DNA from: an uncultured Dehalococcoidia bacterium
Lineage (GTDB): Bacteria > Chloroflexota > Dehalococcoidia > UBA2247 > RBG-13-53-26
NCBI GenBank assembly: GCA_964475375.1
Contig: CAYYWI010000003.1
Coordinates: 1,719 to 65,718, forward strand
DNA: 64,000 bases
Direction: 5' to 3'
In this document: positions 19,303-29,346 of the stretch, piece by piece
How positions within the stretch are numbered: position 1 is the first letter of the stretch
Layout: every line of letters starts with the position of its first letter
Notes under the pieces: model-generated
Databases searched by the model: none
What the model was told of the DNA's origin: nothing
The model's input: only the letters and a program-made list of their open reading frames with translations
Made by a program: the position numbers and the translations under genes

Positions 19303-20546
19303 CGGCCAAAGCACCGGCTTCGCTGCTGAAGCGGGGTGTAGCAGAGATCATAATTGAGCAGGAAATGTTGAAGCTCCTGGAGTCCGGTAAGCCGCTGCGG
19401 CTGAAGCAGGGATTCGATCCCAGCCGTCCCGATATCCACCTCGGACATGTGGTGGGCTTGAGGAAACTGCGCCAGTTCCAGGAAATGGGCCACCAGGTCG
19501 TGCTCATCGTCGGCGACTGGACGGCCCAGATCGGCGACCCCAGCGGCCAGTCGCTCACCCGGCCCATGCTGACTGCCGAAGAGGTCAAGCGCAATGCCGA
19601 AAGCTATCTGCTGCAGTTCTTCAAGGTGGTGGACAAGGACAAGACCGAGGTCAGGTTGCAAAGCGAGTGGTTCGGGAAGTTCAACCTGGCCGACATCATC
19701 AGGCTGACCAGCAAGTTCACCGTGGCCCAGTTCCTGGCCCGCGAAGATTTTGCCAAGCGCTATGCCGGTGGCCAGCCCATCGCCATCACTGAGCTTCTGT
19801 ACCCGCTGCTCCAGGCATATGACTCGGTAGCCATCAACTCCGACGTGGAGTTCGGAGGCATCGACCAGAAGTTCAACTGTCTGGTGGGGCGGGAGCTGCA
19901 GGGCATGATGGGGCAACGCCAGCAGCAGGTGTTCCTGATGCCGCTGCTGGTGGGCACGGACGGCGTGCAGAAGATGAGCAAGAGCCTTGGCAACTATATT
20001 GCGGTTGATGAGCCGCCGTATGGCATGTACGGCAAGGTGATGTCTGTACCGGACAACCTGATCATGCTTTACTTCGAGCTTCTGACCGACATTCCTGACA
20101 AAGAGCTGGCGGAAATGAAGCAACAGCTTGACGCCCAGTCAGTGAACCCCATGGACTTGAAGAAGCGTCTGGCTTTGGACATCGTGACCCAGTTCCACGG
20201 TGCCGTTGAAGCGCGTAAGGGAGGAGAGCGCTTCGCCAGGGAGGTGCAGAAAAAGGAGCTTCCTGACGATATGCCCGAGCGGAACGTCAAGGTGGCCGTC
20301 AAGGGCACCCCTGATTCTCAAACCGGACTGGTGCTGGTTTCTATGCCCGCACTGCTCGTAGAGACGCATATGGTAGCCGGCACAGGTGAGGCCAGAAGGC
20401 TCATCGCTCAGGGTGCGGTGGAAATTGACGGCGAGAAAGTTGCCGACAACGACTGGAAAGTCGCCTCCGGCATGGTAGTGAAAGTTGGAAAACGACGGTT
20501 TTGTCGTATAATGGTAGACATGAACGCTGGCAGTGGTAAAGTCTGA
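19299..20546 (+). CDS. tyrS: tyrosine--tRNA ligase
   Basis: Class I HIGH (PDIHLGH) and KMSKS motifs plus a C-terminal S4-like domain. Overlaps ribF by 4 nt. Confidence 0.92.
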   Translation: MTAKAPASLLKRGVAEIIIEQEMLKLLESGKPLRLKQGFDPSRPDIHLGHVVGLRKLRQFQEMGHQVVLIVGDWTAQIGDPSGQSLTRPMLTAEEVKRNAESYLLQFFKVVDKDKTEVRLQSEWFGKFNLADIIRLTSKFTVAQFLAREDFAKRYAGGQPIAITELLYPLLQAYDSVAINSDVEFGGIDQKFNCLVGRELQGMMGQRQQQVFLMPLLVGTDGVQKMSKSLGNYIAVDEPPYGMYGKVMSVPDNLIMLYFELLTDIPDKELAEMKQQLDAQSVNPMDLKKRLALDIVTQFHGAVEARKGGERFAREVQKKELPDDMPERNVKVAVKGTPDSQTGLVLVSMPALLVETHMVAGTGEARRLIAQGAVEIDGEKVADNDWKVASGMVVKVGKRRFCRIMVDMNAGSGKV

Positions 20547-20588
20547 ACCCGATATGGCCGGTCTTCTACAGTCCGACTGGAAGAGAAG

Positions 20589-20611
20589 GCAGGCCAAAGG
20601 CCTGCTTTTTT
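20589..20611 (+). terminator. Rho-independent terminator after tyrS (GCAGGCC-AAA-GGCCTGC + TTTTTT)
   Basis: Seen in sequence: 7-bp GC stem, 3-nt loop, then a 6-T run. Confidence 0.6.
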
Positions 20612-20638
20612 GTATTCTGTTAAAGATGGAGGCATAGG

Positions 20639-21721
20639 ATGCAACTACGTATTCCGGGGCCCACACCTTGCCCGGAGGAAGTGCTCCAGGCGCAATCCAG
20701 GCAGATGATCAACCACCGTGGAAAGGAATTCAGCGTCATCATCCGCAAGGTAACTGGGCAACTGAAGCGCTGTTTCCAGACCAAGGGTGATGTTCTGATT
20801 CTGACGGGCTCCGGTACGGGCGGCATGGAAGCCGCCGTCGTCAATACCCTTTCTCCCGGCGACAAAGTGCTCTGCGTCTCCATCGGTGCCTTCGGCGACC
20901 GTTTTGCCGATATCGCCAGAACCTATGGCGCTGAGACCAGGATGCTCTCCTTTGACTGGGGGACTGCGGCTGATCCGGATGCCGTACGAAACGCTCTGAA
21001 GGCCGATGCCGCTATCAAGGCCGTGATGGTAACCCATAACGAGACCTCCACCGGCGTCACTAACGACATCAAATCGATCGCCAAGGTTGCCAAGGATTTC
21101 GACAAGCTGCTTCTGGTTGACGGCGTCAGCAGCGTCGGCTCCATCGACATTCAGGTGGACGACTGGCAGTGCGATGTTGTAGTCACCGGCTCTCAGAAGG
21201 GCTGGATGACCCCGCCCGGCATGGCCATGGTGAGCATGAGCCAGAGGGCCTGGCAGGCATATGACAAGGCCAAGATGCCGAAGGTGTACTGGGACCTGGG
21301 CCGCGCCAGGAAGATCTTCGATGAGAAGGGACAGACGCCCTGGACTCCGGCAGTCTCGACGCTGTATGCCCTGGAGGTCGGCCTTGACCTGATCGAGAAA
21401 GAGGGGCTGCAGAATGTGTTTGCCCGTCATGCGAAGGTTGCCAAGGCAGCAAGAGAGGGAGCCAAGTCGCTGGGGTTGACTCTGTTCCCCAAGGAGTCCC
21501 ACGCCTCCAACACCGTGACGGCCATCAACTCGCCGCAGGGTGTCGATGCCAAGAAGCTTTTGCAGATTCTGCGGGAAGAGTACGGCGTGGTGCTGTCCGG
21601 CGGTCAACAGAAGCTGGAAGGGAAGATATTCCGTATCGGACACCTGGGCTGGGTCAACGAAGCTGATATGACCGAGGTTATCGCAGCCTTGAAAAAGGCG
21701 CTGCCTCGGGCGAAAGCCTGA
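20639..21721 (+). CDS. class V aminotransferase (serine-pyruvate / phosphoserine aminotransferase type)
   Basis: SQKGWMTPPG PLP-lysine region. Lies next to serA, as with archaeal-type SerC. Confidence 0.8.
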   Translation: MQLRIPGPTPCPEEVLQAQSRQMINHRGKEFSVIIRKVTGQLKRCFQTKGDVLILTGSGTGGMEAAVVNTLSPGDKVLCVSIGAFGDRFADIARTYGAETRMLSFDWGTAADPDAVRNALKADAAIKAVMVTHNETSTGVTNDIKSIAKVAKDFDKLLLVDGVSSVGSIDIQVDDWQCDVVVTGSQKGWMTPPGMAMVSMSQRAWQAYDKAKMPKVYWDLGRARKIFDEKGQTPWTPAVSTLYALEVGLDLIEKEGLQNVFARHAKVAKAAREGAKSLGLTLFPKESHASNTVTAINSPQGVDAKKLLQILREEYGVVLSGGQQKLEGKIFRIGHLGWVNEADMTEVIAALKKALPRAKA

Positions 21722-21787
21722 TATGTCCGGCCAAGCTACCCTTACAGTGGGCAGCCCACAGGAGGTTGCCCATGCATCCGGATTCCT

Positions 21788-21819
21788 GCCGGGGCGTGCA
21801 GAGGGGCGAAGCCCCTCTG
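21788..21819 (+). repeat. Family D module: CGGGGCGTGCAGAGGGGCGAAGCCCCTCTG (9-bp stem GCGAAGC mini-hairpin)
   Basis: Seen in sequence in the serA 5' leader. Near-identical to 51778..51803; the inverted copy is at 23658..23677. Confidence 0.6.
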
Positions 21820-21841
21820 AATACACACAATCCCCCAAGAG

Positions 21842-21864
21842 TGCGGGATTCGAGGGGGTTGAAA
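21842..21864 (+). repeat. Family A motif (..GAGGGGGTTGAAAG) in the serA leader
   Basis: Seen in sequence. Shares the GGGGGTTGAA core with 51841, 60184, 32033 (rc) and 34337 (rc). Confidence 0.5.
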
Positions 21865-21947
21865 GATCTTCCATCGGATTCCGGAACGTTGGCTTGATTC
21901 TGGTCCTGTTGACTCGGCGGAAGCCGAGTCAGAAGAGGTGAGGTTGC

Positions 21948-23522
21948 ATGAAAGTACTGGTTGCTGATCCCATAGCCGCAGAGGGAATCGACATTCTGAA
22001 GAAGGATGCCGAGGTTGATGTAAAGACGGGCTTGAAGCCCGAGGAACTTATCTCCATCATCGGCGAGTATGAAGGGCTGATGGTACGCAGTGAGACCAAG
22101 GTGACGGCCAAGGTAATCGAGGCCGGCAAGAAACTGCAGGTCATCGCGCGGGCCGGAGTGGGGATCGATAACATCGATGTTGAGGCAGCCACCCAGAGAG
22201 GCATTGTAGTGGTCAATGCCCCCACAGCCAACACCATGGCGGCGGCCGAACACAGCATAGCCCTGATGCTGGCCCTGGCCAGACACATTCCACAGGCGCA
22301 TGACAGCCTGAAGAACGGCGCTTGGAAGCGCCAGAGCTTCGTGGGGGTCGAGGTCCGAAACAAGACGCTGGGAATCGTTGGCTTGGGCAATGTAGGGTCG
22401 GAGGTGGCCCGCCGGGTGCAGGGATTCCAGATGAGGGTCCTGGGATATGACCCGTTTGTTTCTCCTGAGTACGCCCGCAATCTGCGGGTGGAGTTGGTGC
22501 CCCTGGAGCAGATCATAAAGGAGGCGGACTTCATTACTCTGCATGTGCCTCTGACGTCGCAGTCCAGGAACCTCATCGGCGCGAAGGAGCTCTCCATGAT
22601 GAAACCCAACGTCAGGATCATCAACTGCGCCCGCGGCGGTCTGGTTGATGAGCAGGCGCTGGACCAAGCCATTAAAGAAGGCAAAGTGGCCGGGGCCGCC
22701 CTGGACGTATTTGCACAGGAACCGCCCAAAGACAGCCCGCTACTCAAGAATGAGAGGGTGATCGTCACACCCCACCTGGGTGCTTCGACCCAGGAGGCGC
22801 AGACCAATGTGGCCATCGATGCCGCCCGGCAGATAATCTCGGTGTTCAAGAGTCAGCCTGTCAGATATGCTGTGAATGCCCCGCTCATCTCTGCCGAGAC
22901 AATGCCCATCCTGGCCCCCTATCTCAACGTGGCGACGGCTGTGGGCAGGATGATCGCCCAGCTTGCCGAGGGACAGATGAGCAGCATCGAAATAGAGTAC
23001 GAGGGTGAGATAGCCAAGTACGACATGACGGCAGCGAAGGCGGCTGTGATCGGCGGGTTGCTGGGAGAGATCAGCGAAGAGCGCATAAACGTGGTCAACG
23101 CCAATATCGTGGCCCAGCGGCGGGGGCTGCGGGTCACTGAGCACAAAGACATGGCTTGCGAAAACTACGCCAGCCTGATCACAGTGTCAGTCACCACGAG
23201 CGCCGGAGCCACCATTGTCGCCGGGACGGTGTTGCGCGGCGAACTGCATATCGTCCGGATCAACAACTACTGGATCAACATAGTCCCCAAGGGCGACTAC
23301 TTCCTGTTCAGCGACCACCGAGATCGCCCAGGACTCATCGGGGCGGTGGGGAACGTGACCGGCAGCGCGGACATCAACGTCAGTTCCATGCAGCTCGCTC
23401 GACTCAAACCGAGGGGCCAGGCATTGATGGTGCTGGAGTTGGATGAGCCTCTGAATGAGGTGCAGATCAAGCAGATACTGGCCATCCCGGACGTCTACAC
23501 AGCCAAGCTGGTGAAGCTTTAG
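21948..23522 (+). CDS. serA: D-3-phosphoglycerate dehydrogenase (long form with ASB and ACT domains)
   Basis: GLGNVGSEVARR NAD-binding motif and catalytic R/H/E residues. 524 aa including a C-terminal ACT domain. Confidence 0.92.
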   Translation: MKVLVADPIAAEGIDILKKDAEVDVKTGLKPEELISIIGEYEGLMVRSETKVTAKVIEAGKKLQVIARAGVGIDNIDVEAATQRGIVVVNAPTANTMAAAEHSIALMLALARHIPQAHDSLKNGAWKRQSFVGVEVRNKTLGIVGLGNVGSEVARRVQGFQMRVLGYDPFVSPEYARNLRVELVPLEQIIKEADFITLHVPLTSQSRNLIGAKELSMMKPNVRIINCARGGLVDEQALDQAIKEGKVAGAALDVFAQEPPKDSPLLKNERVIVTPHLGASTQEAQTNVAIDAARQIISVFKSQPVRYAVNAPLISAETMPILAPYLNVATAVGRMIAQLAEGQMSSIEIEYEGEIAKYDMTAAKAAVIGGLLGEISEERINVVNANIVAQRRGLRVTEHKDMACENYASLITVSVTTSAGATIVAGTVLRGELHIVRINNYWINIVPKGDYFLFSDHRDRPGLIGAVGNVTGSADINVSSMQLARLKPRGQALMVLELDEPLNEVQIKQILAIPDVYTAKLVKL

Positions 23523-23571
23523 TTTTTCTTCAACCCCTGTCCCCCGATCTCGGGGGGAAGAAAAGGATTTT

Positions 23572-23615
23572 GGGGGCACCCCAAGCCCCGGCAGGAGGAA
23601 GCCTCCTGCACCTCC
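23572..23615. repeat. Family B intergenic element, copy 3
   Basis: GGGGGCACCCCAAGCCCCGGC followed by hairpin GCAGGAGG-AAG-CCTCCTGC then ACCTCC. Confidence 0.6.
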
Positions 23616-23657
23616 TTTAGGATTTGGAATTTCAGATTTGCAGCGAACAGCCCGGCA

Positions 23658-23677
23658 AGGGGCTTCGCCCCTCTGCG
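23658..23677 (-). repeat. Family D module, inverted copy (AGGGGC-TTC-GCCCCTCTG)
   Basis: Its reverse complement equals the 3' part of the module at 21799..21819. Confidence 0.5.
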
Positions 23678-23823
23678 CGCCCCGAGGTCGAGTTTCGTGG
23701 CTGTCGGGTCGCCGACCCGACGCCGGGTCAGGTCGGGAGACCTGACACCCACAGAGCAGGTTCCGAACCTGCCTGGAAGCCATTTGTAGTGGGGAAGCGA
23801 AACCCGCCACTATTTCAGAAGGA

Positions 23824-24468
23824 TCACCCGGCGACCGCCAGCACAATGCTCTTGTAGATGAAGTAGATCCCGAATCCGACCAGTGTGAGGCCACAGACTA
23901 CTGATATGCCGCGTTGTATGTTGGCTGTCAAGAACCGCCTCATGAAGAACGCGATAGAGCTGATGATGAGAAGCCAAGTGGCATCGAACAGCCAGTGAAT
24001 GCCTCCTGTCAGCGCCACCCACCCACCACCGAAGGCTTTAGCGCCTGTCATGATGGTGACTCCCACTGTAGCCCACCAGAGGAAGAAGTAGGGGCTGGCC
24101 GTGGTGGTCGCCACTCCAGCCATTATGGCGTTCTTGTGAGTGCCCTCGCTCTTCACGTCCACGTCTACTGGTTTTGCCTTGAACACACCCACGGACAGCC
24201 AGATCAGGAGCAACCCGCCGGCCAGGCCCAGACCGATCTGAACGCCGTCGCTCTTCAGAAACTCGGAGACAGAGACTGCGAAGTAGATGAGAGCCATCAA
24301 TGGCAGTTCGATGATACCATGGCCAATGCCTACCATAAGGCCGGCCCACTTGCTCTGAACTCCCTTTGAGATGACGACGGCGGTAACCGGCCCGGGCATC
24401 ATTACACCGCTGGCAGATATGCCCATGACCCAGAGGAGGAACAGCGGAAGCGTTGATGGAGCAGTCAT
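23824..24468 (-). CDS. LysE/RhtB-family amino-acid exporter
   Basis: Six TM helices with an N-terminal MPGPV motif typical of LysE-type translocators. Confidence 0.7.
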   Translation of the reverse strand: MTAPSTLPLFLLWVMGISASGVMMPGPVTAVVISKGVQSKWAGLMVGIGHGIIELPLMALIYFAVSVSEFLKSDGVQIGLGLAGGLLLIWLSVGVFKAKPVDVDVKSEGTHKNAIMAGVATTTASPYFFLWWATVGVTIMTGAKAFGGGWVALTGGIHWLFDATWLLIISSIAFFMRRFLTANIQRGISVVCGLTLVGFGIYFIYKSIVLAVAG

Positions 24469-24513
24469 ATCAATGTCTGAGAGTTATTGTTGCCTCAGGG
24501 GAATCGACCCAGC

Positions 24514-25530
24514 CTAAATAGACCTGCCGACCGATTCCGCCAGCGGCTTCAGCTCTTTCATCAGTCTGGTGAAGTCTGATGGAGTCAGGGACTGGAGGCC
24601 GTCCACCAGCGCCTCTTTCGGGTTGGGGTGCACCTCGATGAGCAGCCCGTCAGCCCCGGCTGCTATGGCCGCCTTGGCTATGGCAGGTACGTAGGCGTAG
24701 TGTCCCGCAGCATGGCTGGGGTCCACGATCACCGGCAGATGGCTGAATCTCTTCAGCACCGGGATAGATGAGATGTCCAAAGAGAACCGTATGCTGTCCT
24801 CGAACGACCGAATCCCTCGTTCACACAGGATCACCTGATTGTTGCCTTCCGCGAGCAGATAGTCGGCAGCAGTCAACCATTCTGTAATAGTGGCTGACAG
24901 GCCCCTCTTGAGAATAACCGGGTGTCTGCTCTTGCCGATCTTGGTCAGGAGCGCATAGTTCTGCATGTTGCGAGCGCCCACCTGGAGGATGTCGGCGTAC
25001 TTGGAGACAAGCGGCACACCGCGGGGTTCGACCACCTCGGTGACGATCGGCAGTCCCATCTGCTGCTTGGCCCGGGCCAGAAGCTCCAGGCCAGCCTTCT
25101 CCAGACCCTGGAAGCTGAAGGGGGACGTTCTTGGCTTGAAGGCACCGCCTCGAAGGATAGAGGCTCCGGCTTTCTTTATGATCCTGGCTGCGTCCATGAG
25201 CTGCTTTTCGCTTTCTACAGCGCAGGGTCCAGCCATTACTACGACACGTTTACCGCCAATATCGATGCCGTTGACGGAGACGATGCTGTCTTTGGGCTTG
25301 AATTCCCGGGAAGCCAGTTTATAGGGCTTCATGATGCGAGAGACGCGCTCCACTCCCGGCAGCACGCCGAAAGCATCGGTGGAAAGCTGGCCTGTGTTGC
25401 TGCCCAGTATGGCCACCACGGTTTTGTCGGTGCCCAGGTTAAGCTGGACGTCCAGGTTCAACGACGTGGCCCGTTCGATTACGGCATCGATCTCCTTCTG
25501 AGTGGCACGGGTTCTCATCTCAACTATCAT
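24514..25530 (-). CDS. DAHP synthase, class I-beta (paralog 2)
   Basis: Collinear with the 17333..18364 product (KPRTSPFSFQGLE, GARNMQNY, VDPSHAAG). Confidence 0.9.
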   Translation of the reverse strand: MIVEMRTRATQKEIDAVIERATSLNLDVQLNLGTDKTVVAILGSNTGQLSTDAFGVLPGVERVSRIMKPYKLASREFKPKDSIVSVNGIDIGGKRVVVMAGPCAVESEKQLMDAARIIKKAGASILRGGAFKPRTSPFSFQGLEKAGLELLARAKQQMGLPIVTEVVEPRGVPLVSKYADILQVGARNMQNYALLTKIGKSRHPVILKRGLSATITEWLTAADYLLAEGNNQVILCERGIRSFEDSIRFSLDISSIPVLKRFSHLPVIVDPSHAAGHYAYVPAIAKAAIAAGADGLLIEVHPNPKEALVDGLQSLTPSDFTRLMKELKPLAESVGRSI

Positions 25531-25822
25531 GTTTTGTACTCCATCTTCTCATGATTCTCACGAAAGTACACAAATTCCCGATCAGGACCGCAGCACCGAT
25601 GGCAATTCCCTGGCCTTTCCCCTCTGCACGCCCCATATCCGATATCCTCATCCTTTGTGATGGGAGCTACAGACCAGAAGCGAATTCCTGCGGGGTCGGA
25701 TGTATTCAGATCGGCCGAGTTGTCTGCATGCTTTCCGACAATCATAGCACGAGTCCGATCGCCGACCAAACGAGTGAAGAGCAAGAGACTCCCCTTCCGA
25801 ATGCCGGCCCGAGTGGGAGACC

Positions 25823-26341
25823 CTATGTCCGCGGCAGAGGCTGTTCCACCTGGATCACCACCGTGTGGGCCATCATGTCCAGCGGTCTCTGCTTCTTCAC
25901 CGATATCCAGATGAATATGGGGCCGACAAATGTGTAGAAGAGGAGCAGTGCCACAACAAGCCTCGACACCGTTCCGGCGGCAGCGGGGTCTGCAGGCAGC
26001 GCCAGTCCCAGGAGGATATCGAACCGTCTGAGATTCCTTATGAGAGCTTCCTTGAGCGGCAGCCTGTCCTCGCGCTCGCTCCTGACTCTGATTCTGAACA
26101 GTGACTTGCCTACGGTCTGGCCTTTTCCGTGTTCGAAATACACGAAGTAGAGGTACCTGAAGAACGCTGCAGCGCCGAACAGTGCATAGGGCCATACGCC
26201 ACCAATACCAGCGCTCTGTACAATCAGGGCCGGCACGAACAGAGGGAGGGTGATGATCTCATCGAGAGTGACCGCCACGAACCTTTGCCAGAGGTAGGCA
26301 TATTTGACTTCTTCAGCCGGCGTGCTTGATGGCTGCATCAT
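25823..26341 (-). CDS. RDD-family membrane protein
   Basis: R...D...D pattern in the N-terminal region (RFVAVTLDEI) followed by 3 TM helices. Confidence 0.6.
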   Translation of the reverse strand: MMQPSSTPAEEVKYAYLWQRFVAVTLDEIITLPLFVPALIVQSAGIGGVWPYALFGAAAFFRYLYFVYFEHGKGQTVGKSLFRIRVRSEREDRLPLKEALIRNLRRFDILLGLALPADPAAAGTVSRLVVALLLFYTFVGPIFIWISVKKQRPLDMMAHTVVIQVEQPLPRT

Positions 26342-26423
26342 TGCGGATCTCGGTCCGTATCAGGGAACATGCTACGATTCTTCTCTGGCTCTCAGAGAGG
26401 CTTGTCTCAACCTGGTGAAAAAG

Positions 26424-27335
26424 CTACGTTGGAGTGATCTGGTACTTGCTCAGGATCACAGCATTCTTGTCATCAAAGAAGAGTCTCTTCATGTCGGAGA
26501 GTGGCTTCTCCCATAGCTTGTTCAGCATGACCTCAAGGGTCTGGATGTCCAGGAGCATCTGCTCTTTCATGTCTATGAAGTGACTCTGCAGCTTGTCCGG
26601 ATCTTCGGCCGCCTTGAACACGGCCGGCCATTTTCTGTAGTCCTGTATGTACTCCTTCCGGGGAACCAGCACGATATCGCCGACAACTATAACCCTGCCT
26701 ATCTGGAAGTTGCGCATAATCGCGTCCCTGAACTCCCGGAGCTTCCTCGTGTGCACCTTGTACTCTTTCCACTCGTTAGACCCTTCAAAATACTCATCCA
26801 GAACGTTCTGGCCTCCGGGCGACGCCACCGGTCTCACATTGCCTCTCCCAGGGAGGCTGTCGCAACGCTCCTCCGCGGGCTTCTGGAAATCCTCCCTCTT
26901 TGCCAGTTGTGGAATCACGCCTCTCCGGCCGGTGCTCTCCAGGACGACAGAATATGCCCCCTGCAGGAAGTCCTCCGCCAGATCACAGGCTGCCGCCAGA
27001 TGGGTGTAGAAATCCTCGAAGGACGACAGTCTCGGGCTCATCACGTGGTCATAGCCGCAGACCAGGTGCATGAACATGGAGTAGTGAAGAGAGGCCAGAT
27101 CCAGGATGTCTTCAGAAACATGCTGCCTCGGCAGACTCCTCTTGCACTGATCGGTGACATTAGCCTCCATCCTCTTTGTGATGGGGACCACAAAGTGCCT
27201 CCAGAAATCCTCGCAATGGGGGAACCTGTCCTTGAGCAAGGGCCAGTACGACTTCTCGTAGTAATCGCCGTCATTGGCGAAGTAGGTCTTCTTGATGGTC
27301 TCCATGGCGCTGCCTAGTGTGACAATGTACTCCAC
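26424..27335 (-). CDS. hypothetical protein (orphan, no recognisable domain)
   Basis: Clean 303-aa ORF with genome-like codon usage. No motif recognised. Confidence 0.5.
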   Translation of the reverse strand: MEYIVTLGSAMETIKKTYFANDGDYYEKSYWPLLKDRFPHCEDFWRHFVVPITKRMEANVTDQCKRSLPRQHVSEDILDLASLHYSMFMHLVCGYDHVMSPRLSSFEDFYTHLAAACDLAEDFLQGAYSVVLESTGRRGVIPQLAKREDFQKPAEERCDSLPGRGNVRPVASPGGQNVLDEYFEGSNEWKEYKVHTRKLREFRDAIMRNFQIGRVIVVGDIVLVPRKEYIQDYRKWPAVFKAAEDPDKLQSHFIDMKEQMLLDIQTLEVMLNKLWEKPLSDMKRLFFDDKNAVILSKYQITPT

Positions 27336-27425
27336 TTTCTCAGGCCTCCCTCGACTGTAGCTGGATAATATGTGGTTCCACCGGGCAAAAAGTCCATCGG
27401 CGGTGCAAAGCTCAGGTTGATCCCA

Positions 27426-27453
27426 TTGACAATTACTGTAGAGACTCTAACAT
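27426..27453 (+). promoter_or_regulatory. Sigma70-like promoter candidate (TTGACA-16-TAACAT) upstream of the CoA-binding gene
   Basis: Hexamers seen in sequence about 100 nt before the 27557 start. An alternative TTGCTA-18-TACAAT sits nearer the start. Confidence 0.3.
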
Positions 27454-27556
27454 GTGCAGGCTGGAGTATTCAACTTCGGGATGAGCAGGTGATAATGTGT
27501 ATGCTGGCCTTTCTTGCTATCGACGGCAACGCGCGAGTACAATCTAGCCTAGCGCG

Positions 27557-28996
27557 ATGTCACTCGATGCCATTTTCAACCCTCGCTCAATTGCGGTCGT
27601 CGGTGCCACAGGGACCCCGGTAGCCGCTCCGAATGCTCCTGCCACCTCCTTCAATGCCCATACCCAGATCTTCATGTATACACTGATTGACTGGGGCTAT
27701 CCAGGACACATCTACCCGGTCAACACCAAAGGCGATGAAATCCGCGGGTTGAAGGTCTACAGGAGCTTGAGAGATATCCCCGGGCCGGTGGATTATGTCA
27801 TCTGCATCGTCCCGGCGGAGGCTACTCCGGGATTGGTCCAGGACTGCGTGGCCAAGGGCGTGAAAGGCCTTCACCTGTACACGGCTGGTTTTGCTGAAAC
27901 CGGTCTGGCTGACAAGAGCACACTTCAGGCCGATCTGGTCAGGGTGGCCCGCAGCGGTGGAGTCCGCATGATCGGCCCCAACTGCATGGGCATATACTGC
28001 CCGAAGATGGGAATGACCTATGGTCCCAACTTCCCGAGGGAGCCCGGCAATGTGGCCTTCATCTCGCAGAGCGGCAGCTACACCCTGTTGCTGGTCCGGG
28101 CGGCGGCGGCACGCGGTTTGCGTTTCAGCAAGGTGGTAAGCTACGGCAATGCCAGCGACCTGAACGAGATTGATCTCCTGGACTACCTGGCGGATGATTC
28201 CGACACGGAGTTCATCGGGGCCTACATCGAGGGGACGAGGAATGGGCCGACCGTGGCGAGGGTACTGGCCAAAGCCGCTTCGAAGAAGCCGACGATAATC
28301 ATAAAGAGGGGCAGCACGGAGGCAGGGAAGAGGGGAGCCAACACTCACACCGGAGCCTTGGCCGGAGACGACTCAGTCTGGGACAGCATGCTCAGGCAGT
28401 GCGGCGCTATCCGGGTGGAGGACTTCGAGGAGATGGCCGATCTCCTGACAACGTTCGCTTTCTTCCGCCTGCCGCGGAGCCGCAGGGCGGTGCTGTTCGG
28501 TGTGGGCGGCGGGGCCGGGGTGCGGGCGTCGGACGAGTGTGAGGCCGGTGGTTTGACTTTGCCTCCGATACCGGAGGAGTTGAGGGCAGAGCTGGCGCGA
28601 TCGCTGACAACAGCGGGAACTATGCTCAGGAACCCCGTGGACCCGGGCCACTATGCACGCGACTGGACGGATATGATGCAGCGGCTGGATAAGTGGGAAG
28701 ATGCGGACATGCTGCTGTGGCAGATCGCCCCGGACATCGAGGCTCTACAAGCGGACGACTTCCTGCAGTACATATACATGATGAGGCTCAACACGCTCAA
28801 GACATTCAAGAGCTTGAGCAAACCCAAGGCCGTGATTGTGCATGCTGTGGAAAGTGACGTCGGCCTTCAGGCGTTGATCGAAACTCGGAAGGCATGCGCA
28901 CAGAACAAGGTGGCCTTCTACCCATCGATATACCGCGCGGCCCGCGCCATAGGGCGGTATATGGACTACTGCGAACGGCACGGTCGCAACACATAA
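27557..28996 (+). CDS. CoA-binding protein, acetate--CoA ligase (ADP-forming)-like
   Basis: N-terminal CoA-binding Rossmann motif (SIAVVGATG...YPVN...VDYVICIVP) and a succinyl-CoA-synthetase-alpha-like motif (GPNCMGIY...FISQSGS). Confidence 0.8.
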   Translation: MSLDAIFNPRSIAVVGATGTPVAAPNAPATSFNAHTQIFMYTLIDWGYPGHIYPVNTKGDEIRGLKVYRSLRDIPGPVDYVICIVPAEATPGLVQDCVAKGVKGLHLYTAGFAETGLADKSTLQADLVRVARSGGVRMIGPNCMGIYCPKMGMTYGPNFPREPGNVAFISQSGSYTLLLVRAAAARGLRFSKVVSYGNASDLNEIDLLDYLADDSDTEFIGAYIEGTRNGPTVARVLAKAASKKPTIIIKRGSTEAGKRGANTHTGALAGDDSVWDSMLRQCGAIRVEDFEEMADLLTTFAFFRLPRSRRAVLFGVGGGAGVRASDECEAGGLTLPPIPEELRAELARSLTTAGTMLRNPVDPGHYARDWTDMMQRLDKWEDADMLLWQIAPDIEALQADDFLQYIYMMRLNTLKTFKSLSKPKAVIVHAVESDVGLQALIETRKACAQNKVAFYPSIYRAARAIGRYMDYCERHGRNT

Positions 28997-29259
28997 GCGC
29001 TGGCATCCCCCAGCCGGAGTTCAAATCCAATCATGACTGTACTTTGAATTTCTTGCCGCCTTCCTGGCAGATGCGCTGGATGATTATCTTTCCCCAGTGT
29101 GCATTCTGGGCGATATCCGACACCATGGTGGCCCACGCTCCAACGAAGTAGAAATTCGATAGTTGAACCTCAACCTGGTTTTTATGCCGTGGGAGTGCCT
29201 CTACAGAATCTCGATTATCTGTTCGGCGACCCTCTGTTTTTCCTGATTGAGGCGAGGTG

Positions 29260-29289
29260 TTGACAAAAATTAATAATTAAGACTATGAT
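29260..29289 (+). promoter_or_regulatory. Strong sigma70-like promoter (TTGACA-18-TATGAT) in an AT-rich island upstream of the DUF2089 operon
   Basis: Consensus -35 and near-consensus -10 seen in sequence. A local AT-rich stretch (29265..29340) stands out in the GC-rich genome. Confidence 0.55.
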
Positions 29290-29346
29290 AGTTCAGACAA
29301 ATTAATACTGATATTAAGCTTTATGATATAAAACAGGTGATCGAGG

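Noticed and set aside
26424-27335. Orphan ORF considered as a horizontally acquired defence/Abi gene
   Set aside because: Base composition is about 55% GC, similar to the surrounding genes. No flanking mobile-element signatures and no recognisable motif were seen, so there is no basis for a specific call.
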